Below are positions 49,778 to 60,568 of a stretch of DNA of 64,000 nt, piece by piece (position 1 is the stretch's first letter; the number at the start of each line of letters is the position of its first letter). The DNA is from Thermoplasmata archaeon. Its GTDB lineage: Archaea > Thermoplasmatota > Thermoplasmata > Thermoplasmatales > Thermoplasmataceae. The stretch is from positions 6,970-70,969 of the forward strand of contig JAJZZE010000029.1 in assembly GCA_021797735.1 (NCBI GenBank), written 5' to 3'. Under the pieces are notes generated by a model. That model was not told where the DNA came from. It did not search any database and saw only the letters and a program-made list of their open reading frames with translations. The translations under genes were made by a program, and so were the position numbers.

Positions 49778-51163
49778 ATGAAAAATTACCAGTTGAAGAG
49801 AGTTTTAGGCTTAAGGGAATCAATTATTATCAACCTTGGTGCAATTATTGGTGCCGGTATATTTGTGATTATCGGCATAGCCGCTGGAAAAGCCGGGCCC
49901 GCCATAATTATATCCATACTGTTATCTGCAATTATTGCAATTTTTACCGGTTTAAGTTTTTCTGAAATTGCCAGCCATATATCAAAGGAAGGCGGTGTAT
50001 ACGAATATGCAAAGGAATCATTCAGGCCATCAGCGGGTTTCATAGGAGGTACTATGTGGACATTTTCCAATATGATTGCAATATCTGCGGTTTCATTAAG
50101 TCTTGGAAGTTATATAAACTCATTATTCAAAATACACATAAATCTAATACTCCTGGGCATACCGGTAATAATACTATTTTCTATTTTAAACATTCTGGGA
50201 ATAAAAAATTCTACAAAAACACTAACAATACTTGTAATGGTAAACATAGTTATTCTAATTATATTTATTATAACTGGCATATTCTATTTCCACGCAAGCC
50301 ATTTTACTAATTTTTATCCACATGGATTTAATGGAATTATGGAGGGGTCGGCATTAATATTTTTTGCATTTACCGGTTTTTCAAGGATAACAACTGTGGG
50401 CGATGAGGTAAAAAATCCGGAAAAAACCATACCAAAAGCAATAATCATATCAATAATAATTTCTGCATTGCTTTATATTACTATAGCCATTGTTGCAATT
50501 GGCCTGATACCGTATAAAAATCTGGCACATTCATCTGCACCACTATCCGCCGCAATTGGAGTTCTGCATAATTATTACCTTGATATCATCATAGCTATAG
50601 GTGGCATAACTGCAACTGCAGGTGTCACTTTAACCGGAATTCTCGGGACAAGCAGGGTTCTATATGCCATGGGAAGGGATGATGAAATACCAAAAAAATT
50701 TGGCCATATAGATAAATATGCAACCCCGGTTTATTCGGTTATGCTATCAGCAACAATAAGTATAATTTTTGTTTATTTTGTTGGATTCTCTACAATTATT
50801 GAAGCATCAAATGTATCCGTTTTAATTGCCTATTCAATAATAAATATATCTGCAGTAATACTGTGGAGTAAGTTAAAAAATGAAAATCCAAAGCATTTAA
50901 GGGAAAATAAATATTTTTTTATAATACCCATGGCGGGTGTTGTAACAATACTTGTTACGATAAGTTACCTTGGTTTACCGGCCATAGAAATAAGCCTGGC
51001 AGTTTTGCTGATAATTTCCATAGTTTATTATATGAAATATTTGTTGATAACTAAGGGATATATAAAGCACATAGAGAAAGTCATACCGACAACAACCATC
51101 GTAAGGGTAATTGGAAAAAGTAGAAACATAATAAAAAGCAATAAAAATAAAAAAAATTTATAA
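49778..51163 (+). CDS. APC-superfamily amino acid permease
   Basis: 12 TM segments; GAIIGAGIFV and FTGFSRITTVGDEVKNPEKTIP blocks. Confidence 0.9.
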   Translation: MKNYQLKRVLGLRESIIINLGAIIGAGIFVIIGIAAGKAGPAIIISILLSAIIAIFTGLSFSEIASHISKEGGVYEYAKESFRPSAGFIGGTMWTFSNMIAISAVSLSLGSYINSLFKIHINLILLGIPVIILFSILNILGIKNSTKTLTILVMVNIVILIIFIITGIFYFHASHFTNFYPHGFNGIMEGSALIFFAFTGFSRITTVGDEVKNPEKTIPKAIIISIIISALLYITIAIVAIGLIPYKNLAHSSAPLSAAIGVLHNYYLDIIIAIGGITATAGVTLTGILGTSRVLYAMGRDDEIPKKFGHIDKYATPVYSVMLSATISIIFVYFVGFSTIIEASNVSVLIAYSIINISAVILWSKLKNENPKHLRENKYFFIIPMAGVVTILVTISYLGLPAIEISLAVLLIISIVYYMKYLLITKGYIKHIEKVIPTTTIVRVIGKSRNIIKSNKNKKNL

Positions 51164-51167
51164 ATTT

Positions 51168-52793
51168 TTAATCAACCAGTACATCTGTTTCCATTACCTT
51201 TTCTTTCGGAGCAGATTTTAATCCTATAGCCCAGAAAGCTGCAGCATAGAAAACTAATACTAAATAGTCGTAGGGATAGGCTATTAAATTTGTACCGCCT
51301 GTTGGAGTACCACCAAAATATGACAGAACTATTAAACCTATTAAATATAGTGGTATCCATATAGAGTTTTTCAGGTTTAAATTTTTGAAATCCTTTTTAT
51401 ATGCCTGATATAGAAAGATCAGTGAACCCGCCAGTGTGGCACCCAGAGCATACATTGTTGTTGGGTATGTGGCCCAGTAAATCAGATATGTTGCTATTAT
51501 AAATGCAGAAAATGACCACAGCACTGGATATGGTATTTTAAATGGTCTCTCAACATCCGGATATAATTTTCTCAAAACCGGTAATGATAATGAAGCTATT
51601 GCAAAATTAGCTACAGCGGCAACAACAACAAAATCAACCAGTGCATACCATGATGGCAGTGGTACCAGGAATATTATTGCCAGTATAACAGATAAAATTA
51701 ATGCGACGTATGGTGCCCCATGTTTATTTGTTTTTTTGAATATTTTTGGTAGGGCATTCTCCTCCGAATAACCGAATATAATTCTGCTTGAACCGGTAAG
51801 GTAAATACCTAAAGTACCTCCCGGTGAGAAGATAGCAAATAATACAAATATAACTATCAATGCTGTTAAAAGTCCACCAACACCAGCAGGTACAAACGGT
51901 ATATTTGCTCTCATTATATCCGCAAGAGGTGAACCCCTGGCCGCAACATACCCCCAGTCTCCCACAGGTTTATTAAACCCTGCCCAGCTGACAGTACCCA
52001 CTATGACAATAGCCATTCCTATATATAACAAACTCTGTATAGCAAGTACCGAACCTATAATTTTTGGCATTGTTTTGCCGGGGTTTTTAACCTCACCTGC
52101 CATATCTGCAACCTGCCTGTATCCACCGAATGCAAATAGTATGCCGGATGCGGGTATTGCTATGAATATTCCACCTATTGATGGTGCAAATGTTGGTGTG
52201 GTGAAGTCTGATGGATGGAATATAAACAGTGGCAATATAACTATAAACCCTATAACAATACCTATTTTTACCCATGTTAAAACTTTATTAAACTTACCGA
52301 ATCTTGCTATACCGACCATATTTAATGCAAAGAATCCAAGCATTAATAATATTGATAATAAAATACCGTAGCCGGTAAGTATAGCAAGGTTCGAATTATA
52401 TAAAAATGGGAAATAAAATGAAGCATATGTTGATACTGCAACAGCTTCAATTGCTGGAATTGTGGCAGCCCATATTAACAATGCCCATCCGGATAAAAAA
52501 CCACCATATGATCCATATGAATAATAGGCTATTCTTGCACTTATACCTGATCTGGGAAACATCGCTGAGTATTCTGCGAATGGCAACGTTACCAGGATAA
52601 TAAATGCCGCTGTTAAAATCCATGAAATTATTACCGCGGGACCGGCATATGCGGTTCCACCTGCAGCCGCAAATAATATACCGGATCCAACAGCACCGCC
52701 AACACCGAACATTATAGCCTCGTGTGTTGTCATTCCTCTCTTTAATCCAGTTTTTGTTTTACCTGTTTCAATGTTTGTTTTATCGATATCCAT
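51168..52793 (-). CDS. APC-superfamily amino acid permease
   Basis: 541 aa with 12-14 TM segments and a FGGYRQVADMAGEVKNPGKTMP block. Confidence 0.9.
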   Translation of the reverse strand: MDIDKTNIETGKTKTGLKRGMTTHEAIMFGVGGAVGSGILFAAAGGTAYAGPAVIISWILTAAFIILVTLPFAEYSAMFPRSGISARIAYYSYGSYGGFLSGWALLIWAATIPAIEAVAVSTYASFYFPFLYNSNLAILTGYGILLSILLMLGFFALNMVGIARFGKFNKVLTWVKIGIVIGFIVILPLFIFHPSDFTTPTFAPSIGGIFIAIPASGILFAFGGYRQVADMAGEVKNPGKTMPKIIGSVLAIQSLLYIGMAIVIVGTVSWAGFNKPVGDWGYVAARGSPLADIMRANIPFVPAGVGGLLTALIVIFVLFAIFSPGGTLGIYLTGSSRIIFGYSEENALPKIFKKTNKHGAPYVALILSVILAIIFLVPLPSWYALVDFVVVAAVANFAIASLSLPVLRKLYPDVERPFKIPYPVLWSFSAFIIATYLIYWATYPTTMYALGATLAGSLIFLYQAYKKDFKNLNLKNSIWIPLYLIGLIVLSYFGGTPTGGTNLIAYPYDYLVLVFYAAAFWAIGLKSAPKEKVMETDVLVD

Positions 52794-52962
52794 AAAATAT
52801 GAATAATGATATCATATAATAAAGTTATTGTATGTTTTTAAATTATATAATAGATATTTATAAACTTTTGAATAATTTTTATTATTGTTGATATTAAGCA
52901 GGTAAAAAAATATCAATCTATAATTTATGATTTATTATAGTTTGTGTGATAATATTTGCCAT

Positions 52963-52993
52963 ACAGTTAAAGAAATAAATTTATTTCTACTGT
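52963..52993. promoter_or_regulatory. 18-bp perfect palindrome with flanking 5-bp arms in a divergent promoter region
   Basis: ACAGT-taa-AGAAATAAATTTATTTCT-ACTGT. It lies about 40 nt upstream of the 53030 ORF and about 180 nt upstream of the permease start. Confidence 0.3.
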
Positions 52994-53029
52994 ATTAATT
53001 TAAGTACGATGATTATATAATAATTTACA

Positions 53030-53269
53030 ATGACTGCACTGAATGAAAGAGATTATGAAAGATTTACATGGAAATACAGGAAAATATTACTTCCAGCAGG
53101 TATAATTATAATAATTCTGAGAATAATAGTATCATATACTAATATTAATCCATCATTATTTTTAATTGACATTCTGACCATACTTGATATTGTAGGGTTT
53201 TTATTTATTATTCAAATATTTATATTATACAGATTTAAAAACGATATAAGAAGGTTGAATAGAAAATAA
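53030..53269 (+). CDS. small membrane protein (79 aa, 2 TM)
   Basis: ORF with two hydrophobic segments; no homology recognised. Confidence 0.4.
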   Translation: MTALNERDYERFTWKYRKILLPAGIIIIILRIIVSYTNINPSLFLIDILTILDIVGFLFIIQIFILYRFKNDIRRLNRK

Positions 53270-53365
53270 CTAAATCATGAGATATAACGGTAAAATATAG
53301 GTTATATATTGTCTGTATAATGTTATAAATAATTATATTAATAGTGTAAAATTAATTATAAAAAA

Positions 53366-54544
53366 TTATAAATTTTCTATAATATCAACAAGGCTTCTCC
53401 CAAATTCCTTAGTTCCTAAAGGTTCAACATTGAAAAACCTTGCAACATCATTTGTTACTTTCTTTTCCTCTATAGATTTTCCTATTGCCTTTTCTATTAC
53501 ATCATGTGCCTCATGCCAGTTCATGTATTTTAACATTAACTGCGCCCCTCTTATCAGGCCTAAAGGGTCTGCTATATTTTTACCAGCATATTTCGGTGCC
53601 GTGCCATGAACTGCCTCAAACATTGCGCCGTTGTCACCGACATTCGCCCCACCTAAAGTTCCTATATTTCCTATTAAAGCACCTGCAGCATCGGATAAAT
53701 AATCGCCATCTATATTTGGTGCAAGTATAACCTCATAATTTTCTGGTCTTGTTATAATCTGCTGAAACATGTTATCTGCTATGATATCATTTATCAAAAT
53801 CTTATTTTCATCATCCCTTGAAACATAGTCTCCATATTCATTTTCCAGTGTTTCATATGCCCATTCTCTGAATGCGCCCTCTGTGTATTTCATTACGTTG
53901 CCCTTATGCATTATTGTAAGTTTTTTCTTATTATTCTCTATTGCAAATTTAATTGCTGCCCTTGTAATTCTCTGGGTTTTATATTTATTTATGGGTTTTA
54001 TGCCTATACCTGTCTCCTTACCAAAGTCTATATTAAATTTTGTTTTAAAGAAATTTTTTATTTCCTCATTCTCTTTACTATCAAATTTCCACTCATATCC
54101 AAGGTATAAATCATCTGTATTTTCCCTGAATATTGTTAAATTTACCCTTTCCGGGTGTTTTAATGGGCTTTCCAGGCCATTCATGTATGTTACAGGTCTT
54201 ATATTTGAATACAGGTCAAGCATCTGCCTTATTCTTACATTAATGGATTTAAAACCCTCACCTATAGGTGTTCCCAGTGGTGCCTTTAACAGTACCCTGT
54301 ATTTTAATATGTCATTCTGTGACTCTTCAGGAAATCTATCATTTTTTTCCTTTAAAGCCTTATCTCCTATTAAAACTTCCTTCCACATTATTTTTTTATT
54401 TTTATATGCTTTTTTTACTGCTGCATCAACAATTTTCCTTGCCGCATCCATTATTTCTGGGCCTATTCCATCACCATCTGTATATAATATTACTGGATCG
54501 TCAGGGACTATCCATTTATCATTTTCAAATTTTATGTCTCCCAT
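53366..54544 (-). CDS. icd: isocitrate dehydrogenase (NADP-type, prokaryotic homodimeric)
   Basis: DGDGIGPEI, SINVRIRQ, NIDGDYLSDA and GTAPKYAGKN blocks. Confidence 0.95.
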   Translation of the reverse strand: MGDIKFENDKWIVPDDPVILYTDGDGIGPEIMDAARKIVDAAVKKAYKNKKIMWKEVLIGDKALKEKNDRFPEESQNDILKYRVLLKAPLGTPIGEGFKSINVRIRQMLDLYSNIRPVTYMNGLESPLKHPERVNLTIFRENTDDLYLGYEWKFDSKENEEIKNFFKTKFNIDFGKETGIGIKPINKYKTQRITRAAIKFAIENNKKKLTIMHKGNVMKYTEGAFREWAYETLENEYGDYVSRDDENKILINDIIADNMFQQIITRPENYEVILAPNIDGDYLSDAAGALIGNIGTLGGANVGDNGAMFEAVHGTAPKYAGKNIADPLGLIRGAQLMLKYMNWHEAHDVIEKAIGKSIEEKKVTNDVARFFNVEPLGTKEFGRSLVDIIENL

Positions 54545-54587
54545 TATATCATCAAAATGTTATATTATATCATATTATTAATATTTC

Positions 54588-54626
54588 CCTTATAACAATT
54601 ATGGGATACAAAGTTCCTTATAACAA
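54588..54626. promoter_or_regulatory. 11-bp perfect direct repeat CCTTATAACAA x2 in the icd-acn divergent intergenic region
   Basis: Copies at 54588-54598 and 54616-54626, 28 bp start to start. Confidence 0.25.
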
Positions 54627-54801
54627 AATTTTTGTTTCTAATTTAATCCTCAGCTCACAATTTCTTACATAACAGATCAGGTTTATATGTGGCAGATCAA
54701 ACAGCTGGAGCCGTCAGTAATATCATGGGACTAAATAATTACAAATGCTATTAATTTGGTAAAAATAACAAAATTAAAATTTAAAATGATTATAACGGTG
54801 C

Positions 54802-57315
54802 ATGGAAATTATAAAAGAAAAATTTGATTTTGATGGGAAAACACTGGATTATTATCCATTGAAACAGCTTGAGAGCAGGTACAATATTGATAATTTGCCA
54901 TATTCATTAAAAATTCTACTTGAAAATGTTTTGAGGAATTATGATAACAAAGATATAAATGAAAAATCTATAGATAATATTGCATCAATGAAAACAGATT
55001 CAGAAATTGCATTTAAACCATCCAGAGTTATTTTTCAGGATTATACTGGAGTACCAATACTTGTGGATTTTGCAGCAATGAGATCATACTTCAGGGAAAA
55101 TAATATGGATCCTGAAAAGGTTAATCCTGTTAATAAATCCGATATGGTAATAGACCACTCAATAATAATTGACTCATTTAAGGGTGAGGAGCCATTAATA
55201 GTAAACATGAAGGATGAATTCGAAAGGAATAAGGAAAGATATGACTTCTTAAAATGGTCACAGAAATCATTTAAAAATGTAACCATTGTACCCCCGGGAC
55301 ACGGAATAATACACCAGATAAATTTAGAATATTTGTCGTCAGTTGCAGTGGTAAAGAATAATGAGATATTCCCTGAAAGCCTGATAGGTGCAGACTCACA
55401 CACAACAATGATTGGTGGCATAGGAGTTTTGGGCTGGGGTGTTGGTGGCCTGGAAGCCGAGGCTTCAATGTTAAATGAACCATATTTTATGAATTTGCCA
55501 GAGGTTGTTGGTGTAAACATAAAGGGCAAAATTAATACCGGTGTTACCCCAACAGATATCGTATTATATATAGTTAAAACTCTCAGAAGTAACAATGTTG
55601 TTGGTAAATTTGTTGAATTTTTCGGTAATATTTCTGAATTAACTGCACAGGACAGGGCAACAATATCAAACATGTCACCTGAATATGGTGCAACTATAGG
55701 ATATTTCCCGGTTGATGAGGAAACGCTAAAATATATAAAAGGTACAGACAGAAATTCTGAAATTGTGGAAAAATATTTTAAATTGCAGGGTTTATATTAC
55801 AACGGTGGCAAAAAATATAGTAAGATTATAGATGTTGATTTATCCGATGTAGAGAGTTCTGTTGCGGGACCAAAAAATCCCGATGAACTGATAAATATAA
55901 AAGATTTAAAAAATAGGGCAAAAGAAATAATTAATGGTGGGAAAGATGGTGAAAAAATAAAAAATGGATCCATAGTTATTTCGGCAATAACAAGCTGCAC
56001 AAATACATCAGACCCTACTGTTATGATCGGTGCCGGTATTTTAGCAAAAAAGGCATATGAAAACAATTTGATCTCTAAAGATTACGTTAAAACGAGCCTC
56101 GCACCAGGATCAAAAGTTGTTACAGAATATCTTAAAAGGGCAGATTTATTAACATATTTAAACAAAGTTGGATTTGATATAGTGGGGTATGGATGCACAA
56201 CGTGTATTGGCAATGCCGGGCCACTGATACCAGAAGTTCAGGATGACATAATAAAAAATAATGTAAAAACATACGCTGTTTTAAGTGGAAACAGAAACTT
56301 TGAGGGCAGGATAAATCAGTACATAGATGGTGCCTTTCTAGCCTCGCCTATATTAGTTGTTGCATTTGCAATAGCAGGCAGAATAGACATAGATTTTATC
56401 AATGAACCTGTGGGATATAACAATGGCAAACCGGTCTATTTAAAGGATTTATGGCCGGGTACGGACGAAATTAAAAAATATTTCCATTTAGCAATGGATC
56501 CGGAATCATATAGGGAACAGTATTCAGATGTATTTACAGGGGACAGAAACTGGGAATCTCTGAAATCAACTGGTGGTTCAATATATAATTTCAGTGATTC
56601 AACATATATAAGGAAACCACCATGGATGTATATGGAACCGGTTAAGGATATAATAAATGGAAGGATACTTGCAGTATTTGGCGATAAAATAACAACAGAC
56701 CACATATCACCAGCCGGGCCAATAGCAAAAGATTCTGTTGCCGGGAAATATCTGTTATCTCTTGGGGTAGAGGAACTGAATACATTCGGATCAAGAAGGG
56801 GAAATCATGATGTAATGTTAAGGGGAGGTTTTTCAAATCCAAAAATTAGAAATCTAATGGTAAAGAATAGTGGTGGCAATACAGTATATTACCCGGATAA
56901 GGTGGAAATGAGCTTTTACGAAGCAGCAATGAAATATAAGGAAAAGAATGTGCCGCTGGTAATATTTGCAGGCAAGCAGTATGGATCCGGTAGTTCAAGG
57001 GACTGGGCAGCCAAAGTAACGGCATTAATGGGAGTAAAGGTTGTAATAGCAGAAAGTTTTGAGAGAATACACAGAAGCAATTTGGTTGATATGGGAGTAA
57101 TTCCAGTACAGGTTGAGAAATTGCCAGAACTCACTGGTGATGAAATAATAAACATAAATGGAATAAACGATATATCACTGAACAAAAAACTTGAAATAAA
57201 AATAAACGATAAAAAAATAAATGGAATTGCCCTAATTAACACAAACGCCGAACTTGATTATATAAAAACCGGAAATATATTGAAATACATATCCATCAAC
57301 ATGAAAAATAATTAA
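54802..57315 (+). CDS. acnA: aconitate hydratase
   Basis: LPYSLKILLENVLRN, GADSHTTM, ITSCTNTS, GCTTCIGN (Fe-S Cys ligands) and SGSSRDWAAK blocks. Confidence 0.95.
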   Translation: MEIIKEKFDFDGKTLDYYPLKQLESRYNIDNLPYSLKILLENVLRNYDNKDINEKSIDNIASMKTDSEIAFKPSRVIFQDYTGVPILVDFAAMRSYFRENNMDPEKVNPVNKSDMVIDHSIIIDSFKGEEPLIVNMKDEFERNKERYDFLKWSQKSFKNVTIVPPGHGIIHQINLEYLSSVAVVKNNEIFPESLIGADSHTTMIGGIGVLGWGVGGLEAEASMLNEPYFMNLPEVVGVNIKGKINTGVTPTDIVLYIVKTLRSNNVVGKFVEFFGNISELTAQDRATISNMSPEYGATIGYFPVDEETLKYIKGTDRNSEIVEKYFKLQGLYYNGGKKYSKIIDVDLSDVESSVAGPKNPDELINIKDLKNRAKEIINGGKDGEKIKNGSIVISAITSCTNTSDPTVMIGAGILAKKAYENNLISKDYVKTSLAPGSKVVTEYLKRADLLTYLNKVGFDIVGYGCTTCIGNAGPLIPEVQDDIIKNNVKTYAVLSGNRNFEGRINQYIDGAFLASPILVVAFAIAGRIDIDFINEPVGYNNGKPVYLKDLWPGTDEIKKYFHLAMDPESYREQYSDVFTGDRNWESLKSTGGSIYNFSDSTYIRKPPWMYMEPVKDIINGRILAVFGDKITTDHISPAGPIAKDSVAGKYLLSLGVEELNTFGSRRGNHDVMLRGGFSNPKIRNLMVKNSGGNTVYYPDKVEMSFYEAAMKYKEKNVPLVIFAGKQYGSGSSRDWAAKVTALMGVKVVIAESFERIHRSNLVDMGVIPVQVEKLPELTGDEIININGINDISLNKKLEIKINDKKINGIALINTNAELDYIKTGNILKYISINMKNN

Positions 57316-57316
57316 C

Positions 57317-57784
57317 TTATTCTATTTTTGAATAAATTTTAATTAATTCCTTAAATCCCATATTTTTATAGAAGTTTATTGCTATTAAGTTCAGCGAGGG
57401 GAATTCTGCTGTTATCATCTTCATATCCTTTTTCCGTGCAATCTCTCCAAGTTTCTCCATAAGGGCTTTGCCTATATCCTTTCCCCGGTATTCCGGCATA
57501 ACATAAAATTCCCTTATTCTTACCTCATATTTTGGGTCGTAATAAATTCTGAATATTACATCGGATATTAATATACCCACAATTTTCTTGTTTTCCTCGG
57601 CAACAAGTATAATATGATCTTCCCTGTTATCTATCATTTTATTTAACTTATTTGCTATTTCAGTTTCATTGCCGGACGATACCTTTAATGCAAAATCAAA
57701 TTCGGAATTCAATCTTTTCAACCTTAATAACTCATCCATAACATCATTAATATCTTTTTTTTCCATTAACCTTATATCTGTCAT
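57317..57784 (-). CDS. GNAT-family N-acetyltransferase
   Basis: Acetyl-CoA-binding motif PEYRGKDIGKALM, 155 aa. Confidence 0.85.
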   Translation of the reverse strand: MTDIRLMEKKDINDVMDELLRLKRLNSEFDFALKVSSGNETEIANKLNKMIDNREDHIILVAEENKKIVGILISDVIFRIYYDPKYEVRIREFYVMPEYRGKDIGKALMEKLGEIARKKDMKMITAEFPSLNLIAINFYKNMGFKELIKIYSKIE

Positions 57785-57795
57785 TACAACACCCT

Positions 57796-59103
57796 TTATT
57801 TATCAAAAAGTTTATTATATACATTTCTATTTGAACTTATTATTTCTGTGGCAGTTCTATAAAACCCGGCTTTTGTATCAATTTTTCTTGCCAGATTTGA
57901 TTCAACCGTTTTCCTTGCAACTATTGATGCAACCTCTGGAAACAGGTCAAAATCCGACATTGATGGGACTATATGGTCATATGACCTATCCTTTACATAA
58001 TCGGCTATGCCATATGATGCCGCAACCATTATATCAAAGTTTACGCCCTTAGACCTTGCATCCAGGACACCACGAAAAACTCCGGGAAAAACCATACTGT
58101 TATTTATCTGATTCGGGAAATCACTCCTGCCGGTTGCAACAATTTTCGCTCCCGATTCTTTTGCATCATCCGGCCAGATTTCTGGCAGTGGATTAGCTAA
58201 AGCAAAAACTATAGAATCATTGTTCATTGATCTAACCCACTCTTTTTTTATTGTGCCCGGTTCTGATTTTGATGCAGATATTATTATATCAGCACCCTTA
58301 AACGCATTCCCAATATCTCCTTTTATTCTCTCCTCATTGGTATCAAGGGCTATTTTATATTTCCATGGATTGTTCAGCATTAATGCATCTATATCCGGCC
58401 TTTCAGGTTCTATTATGCCCTTTGAGTCTATTGCAATCATATTTTTTTTATTGAAACCGGCAGCCTCAAATAAATATATTGCTGCTATATTCGCTGCACC
58501 TGCACCGTTAAAAACGATTTTAACATCCTCCTTTTTCTTATTTACGAGCCTTAATGAATTTATTATACCTGCCAGTGTTATTGAGGCAGTTCCTAACTGG
58601 TCATCATGCCATACTGGTATATCCATCGACTTCTGTAATTTTTCCAGTAAGAAGAAGCATCTTGGTGATTCTATATCCTCTAAATTATAACCACCAAAGA
58701 ACGGTGATATAGCTTTTGCCGCTGTTATAAATTCATCATTATTTTTTACATTTAACGGTATAGGTATTGCATTTACACCACCTAAATAGTTGAATAATAA
58801 GGCCTTTCCCTCCATTACGGGTATTGCGGCCTCAGGACCAACATTGCCTATTCCCAGAACCCTGGTACCATCCGTTAATATTGCAACAGAGTTCCATTTC
58901 CCGGTTAACTCAAAAACTAAATCTTTATCTGCATGTATCTTTTTTGAAACCGCTGCAATGCCGGGTGTATAGAGCATTGAAAAATCATCTAAACCATGTA
59001 TAGGAACCTCTGGTAATGTTCTTATTTTACCCTTGTACTTTTTTGATATTTCTATAGCTTTTTCATTGAAATATTCTGTTCTTTCAGAATCTTTCATTAT
59101 CAT
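57796..59103 (-). CDS. NAD(P)-dependent malic enzyme (small prokaryotic type)
   Basis: TDGTRVLGIGNVG, GGYNLEDIESPRCF and FNGAGAANIA blocks. I chose the start at ATG 59103 (MIMKDSERTEYF); the track ORF opens at 59166. Confidence 0.9.
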   Translation of the reverse strand: MIMKDSERTEYFNEKAIEISKKYKGKIRTLPEVPIHGLDDFSMLYTPGIAAVSKKIHADKDLVFELTGKWNSVAILTDGTRVLGIGNVGPEAAIPVMEGKALLFNYLGGVNAIPIPLNVKNNDEFITAAKAISPFFGGYNLEDIESPRCFFLLEKLQKSMDIPVWHDDQLGTASITLAGIINSLRLVNKKKEDVKIVFNGAGAANIAAIYLFEAAGFNKKNMIAIDSKGIIEPERPDIDALMLNNPWKYKIALDTNEERIKGDIGNAFKGADIIISASKSEPGTIKKEWVRSMNNDSIVFALANPLPEIWPDDAKESGAKIVATGRSDFPNQINNSMVFPGVFRGVLDARSKGVNFDIMVAASYGIADYVKDRSYDHIVPSMSDFDLFPEVASIVARKTVESNLARKIDTKAGFYRTATEIISSNRNVYNKLFDK

Positions 59104-59326
59104 GTAAATTATATAGATTAGTATTATTAAAACTTTACGTATATTATTGTATTTCAATTTTAGCAATTGCCGATTTAATTATGTTTTTAAAATGATGAAA
59201 TATAGCATTTTTATTTATTTTTGTAATGAACATAATAAATATCAACATTTTTTTATTATTCCCGTTATAGATTGTTATATATCAGTTATATAGAAAAATA
59301 TTTCACACATTATTTTATTATGTCAT

Positions 59327-60217
59327 ATGAAAGTATCTTTACAGATGGAAGGCAGGATAAAAAATATTGATAACAATATTCTGGAAAAATTAAAAAGCAT
59401 TGTAAATGCTGATATAGTTGAAGGATTTGATGAAAATGCTGAAATTGTAGTATTTTCAGGTATTCCGGTACCCGGTAAAAAAACTGTATTTATGCAGAGT
59501 TTATCCGCCGGCGTGAACCATATCGATTTTAGCAAAATAGATGAAAAAATCGTAATATGCAGCAATGCTAATGCCTACTCAATACCTGTTGCTGAGCACG
59601 TTTTTGCGCTTATATTATCGCATCTTAAAAAAATATGCAAATTCGATAACGAAATAAAAAATAATATTTATAAAAGGGAATCTACCGGAGCATTATATGG
59701 CATGTCCGTGGGAATTCTGGGTTATGGTGGCATAGGTTCAGAGGTGGCAAAATTAGCAAAGGCGTTTAATATGAAAACATATGGTTTTGGTAGAACCATT
59801 AAAAAAGATAACAATCTGGATTATTTTACAGAAGATCCGGATTATATTTATAAAAATTCAGATATAATTGTAATAACATTACCGCTAAATAAATACACGG
59901 TAAATTTTATCAATAAAAACAGTTTAAATAAAATTAAGGGAAATACAATAGTAAATGTTGGCAGGGCAGAAATAGTAAACCATGATGACATGTTAAATTA
60001 TTTAAATCAAAATAAAAATAAATTCTTTCTTACGGATGTATGGTGGAATGAACCGGAAATAATAGACAAAATACCTGACAATGTTACTATAACACCCCAT
60101 ATAGCGGGCGTGGCAAATAATTATATGGAAATACCATTAATAAGGGCATTTAATAATGTTAAAAATTATTTAAACGGCAAACCTGAAAATATCGTAAACA
60201 GAAACGATTACCTATAA
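59327..60217 (+). CDS. D-isomer-specific 2-hydroxyacid dehydrogenase family protein
   Basis: NAD motif GILGYGGIGSEVAKLAKAF, NVGRAEIV and TPHIAG blocks. Confidence 0.85.
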   Translation: MKVSLQMEGRIKNIDNNILEKLKSIVNADIVEGFDENAEIVVFSGIPVPGKKTVFMQSLSAGVNHIDFSKIDEKIVICSNANAYSIPVAEHVFALILSHLKKICKFDNEIKNNIYKRESTGALYGMSVGILGYGGIGSEVAKLAKAFNMKTYGFGRTIKKDNNLDYFTEDPDYIYKNSDIIVITLPLNKYTVNFINKNSLNKIKGNTIVNVGRAEIVNHDDMLNYLNQNKNKFFLTDVWWNEPEIIDKIPDNVTITPHIAGVANNYMEIPLIRAFNNVKNYLNGKPENIVNRNDYL

Positions 60218-60541
60218 ATTTCCATATATTTCAAAATCGCTGTATTCTTCAGGGACATATTCATAGGTTTTATTAGAATTAATAATTATATCAACCTCAT
60301 TTATTGATAAATTAAATACAGTTATTTAGGATTTTACGCCATTAAATTCTCTTTTTATTAAATCACTGCTTGCAACATCATTTTTTACTTTCCTCTCAAG
60401 CTTAACATCATTATATTTTAGAAATTCAAAATATACATCGGCGACATCACTTGTATGTATATGTTCAATAAATTTTATATTCACAATGTATTTAAAATCA
60501 AAATAAATGTATAATTTTGAGTTTTCATATTTAATTTTTAT

Positions 60542-60551
60542 ACTATTCCAT
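60542..60551. repeat. target-site duplication, left copy
   Basis: ACTATTCCAT(G) lies directly outside the left IR. An identical copy is at 61982-61991(2). Confidence 0.65.
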
Positions 60552-60568
60552 GCTCTGTTGAACAAATA
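60552..60568. repeat. left terminal inverted repeat of the IS
   Basis: GCTCTGTTGAACAAATA matches the reverse complement of 61964-61980 (GCTGTGTTGAATAAATA) at 15 of 17 positions. Weaker similarity continues about 10 nt inward. Confidence 0.7.

Noticed and set aside
49762-49965. 67-aa plus-strand ORF overlapping the permease start
   Set aside because: It is an alternative frame of the APC permease gene, which has a full 12-TM architecture.
53883-54581. 232-aa plus-strand ORF, with 53906-54109 and 54268-54672
   Set aside because: These are antisense or out-of-frame shadows of isocitrate dehydrogenase; the last extends into the intergenic spacer without any start context.
55041-55673. 210-aa minus-strand ORF, with others at 55797-57242
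   Set aside because: They are antisense to aconitase, whose Fe-S ligand motifs are unambiguous.
59190-59270. C-box-like AUGAUGA (59193-59199); similar hits near 23993 and on the minus strand near 38450. Possible C/D box sRNAs
   Set aside because: No D box (CUGA) lies at the expected 50-70 nt distance, and there is no terminal stem. Such heptamers are expected by chance in AT-rich DNA.
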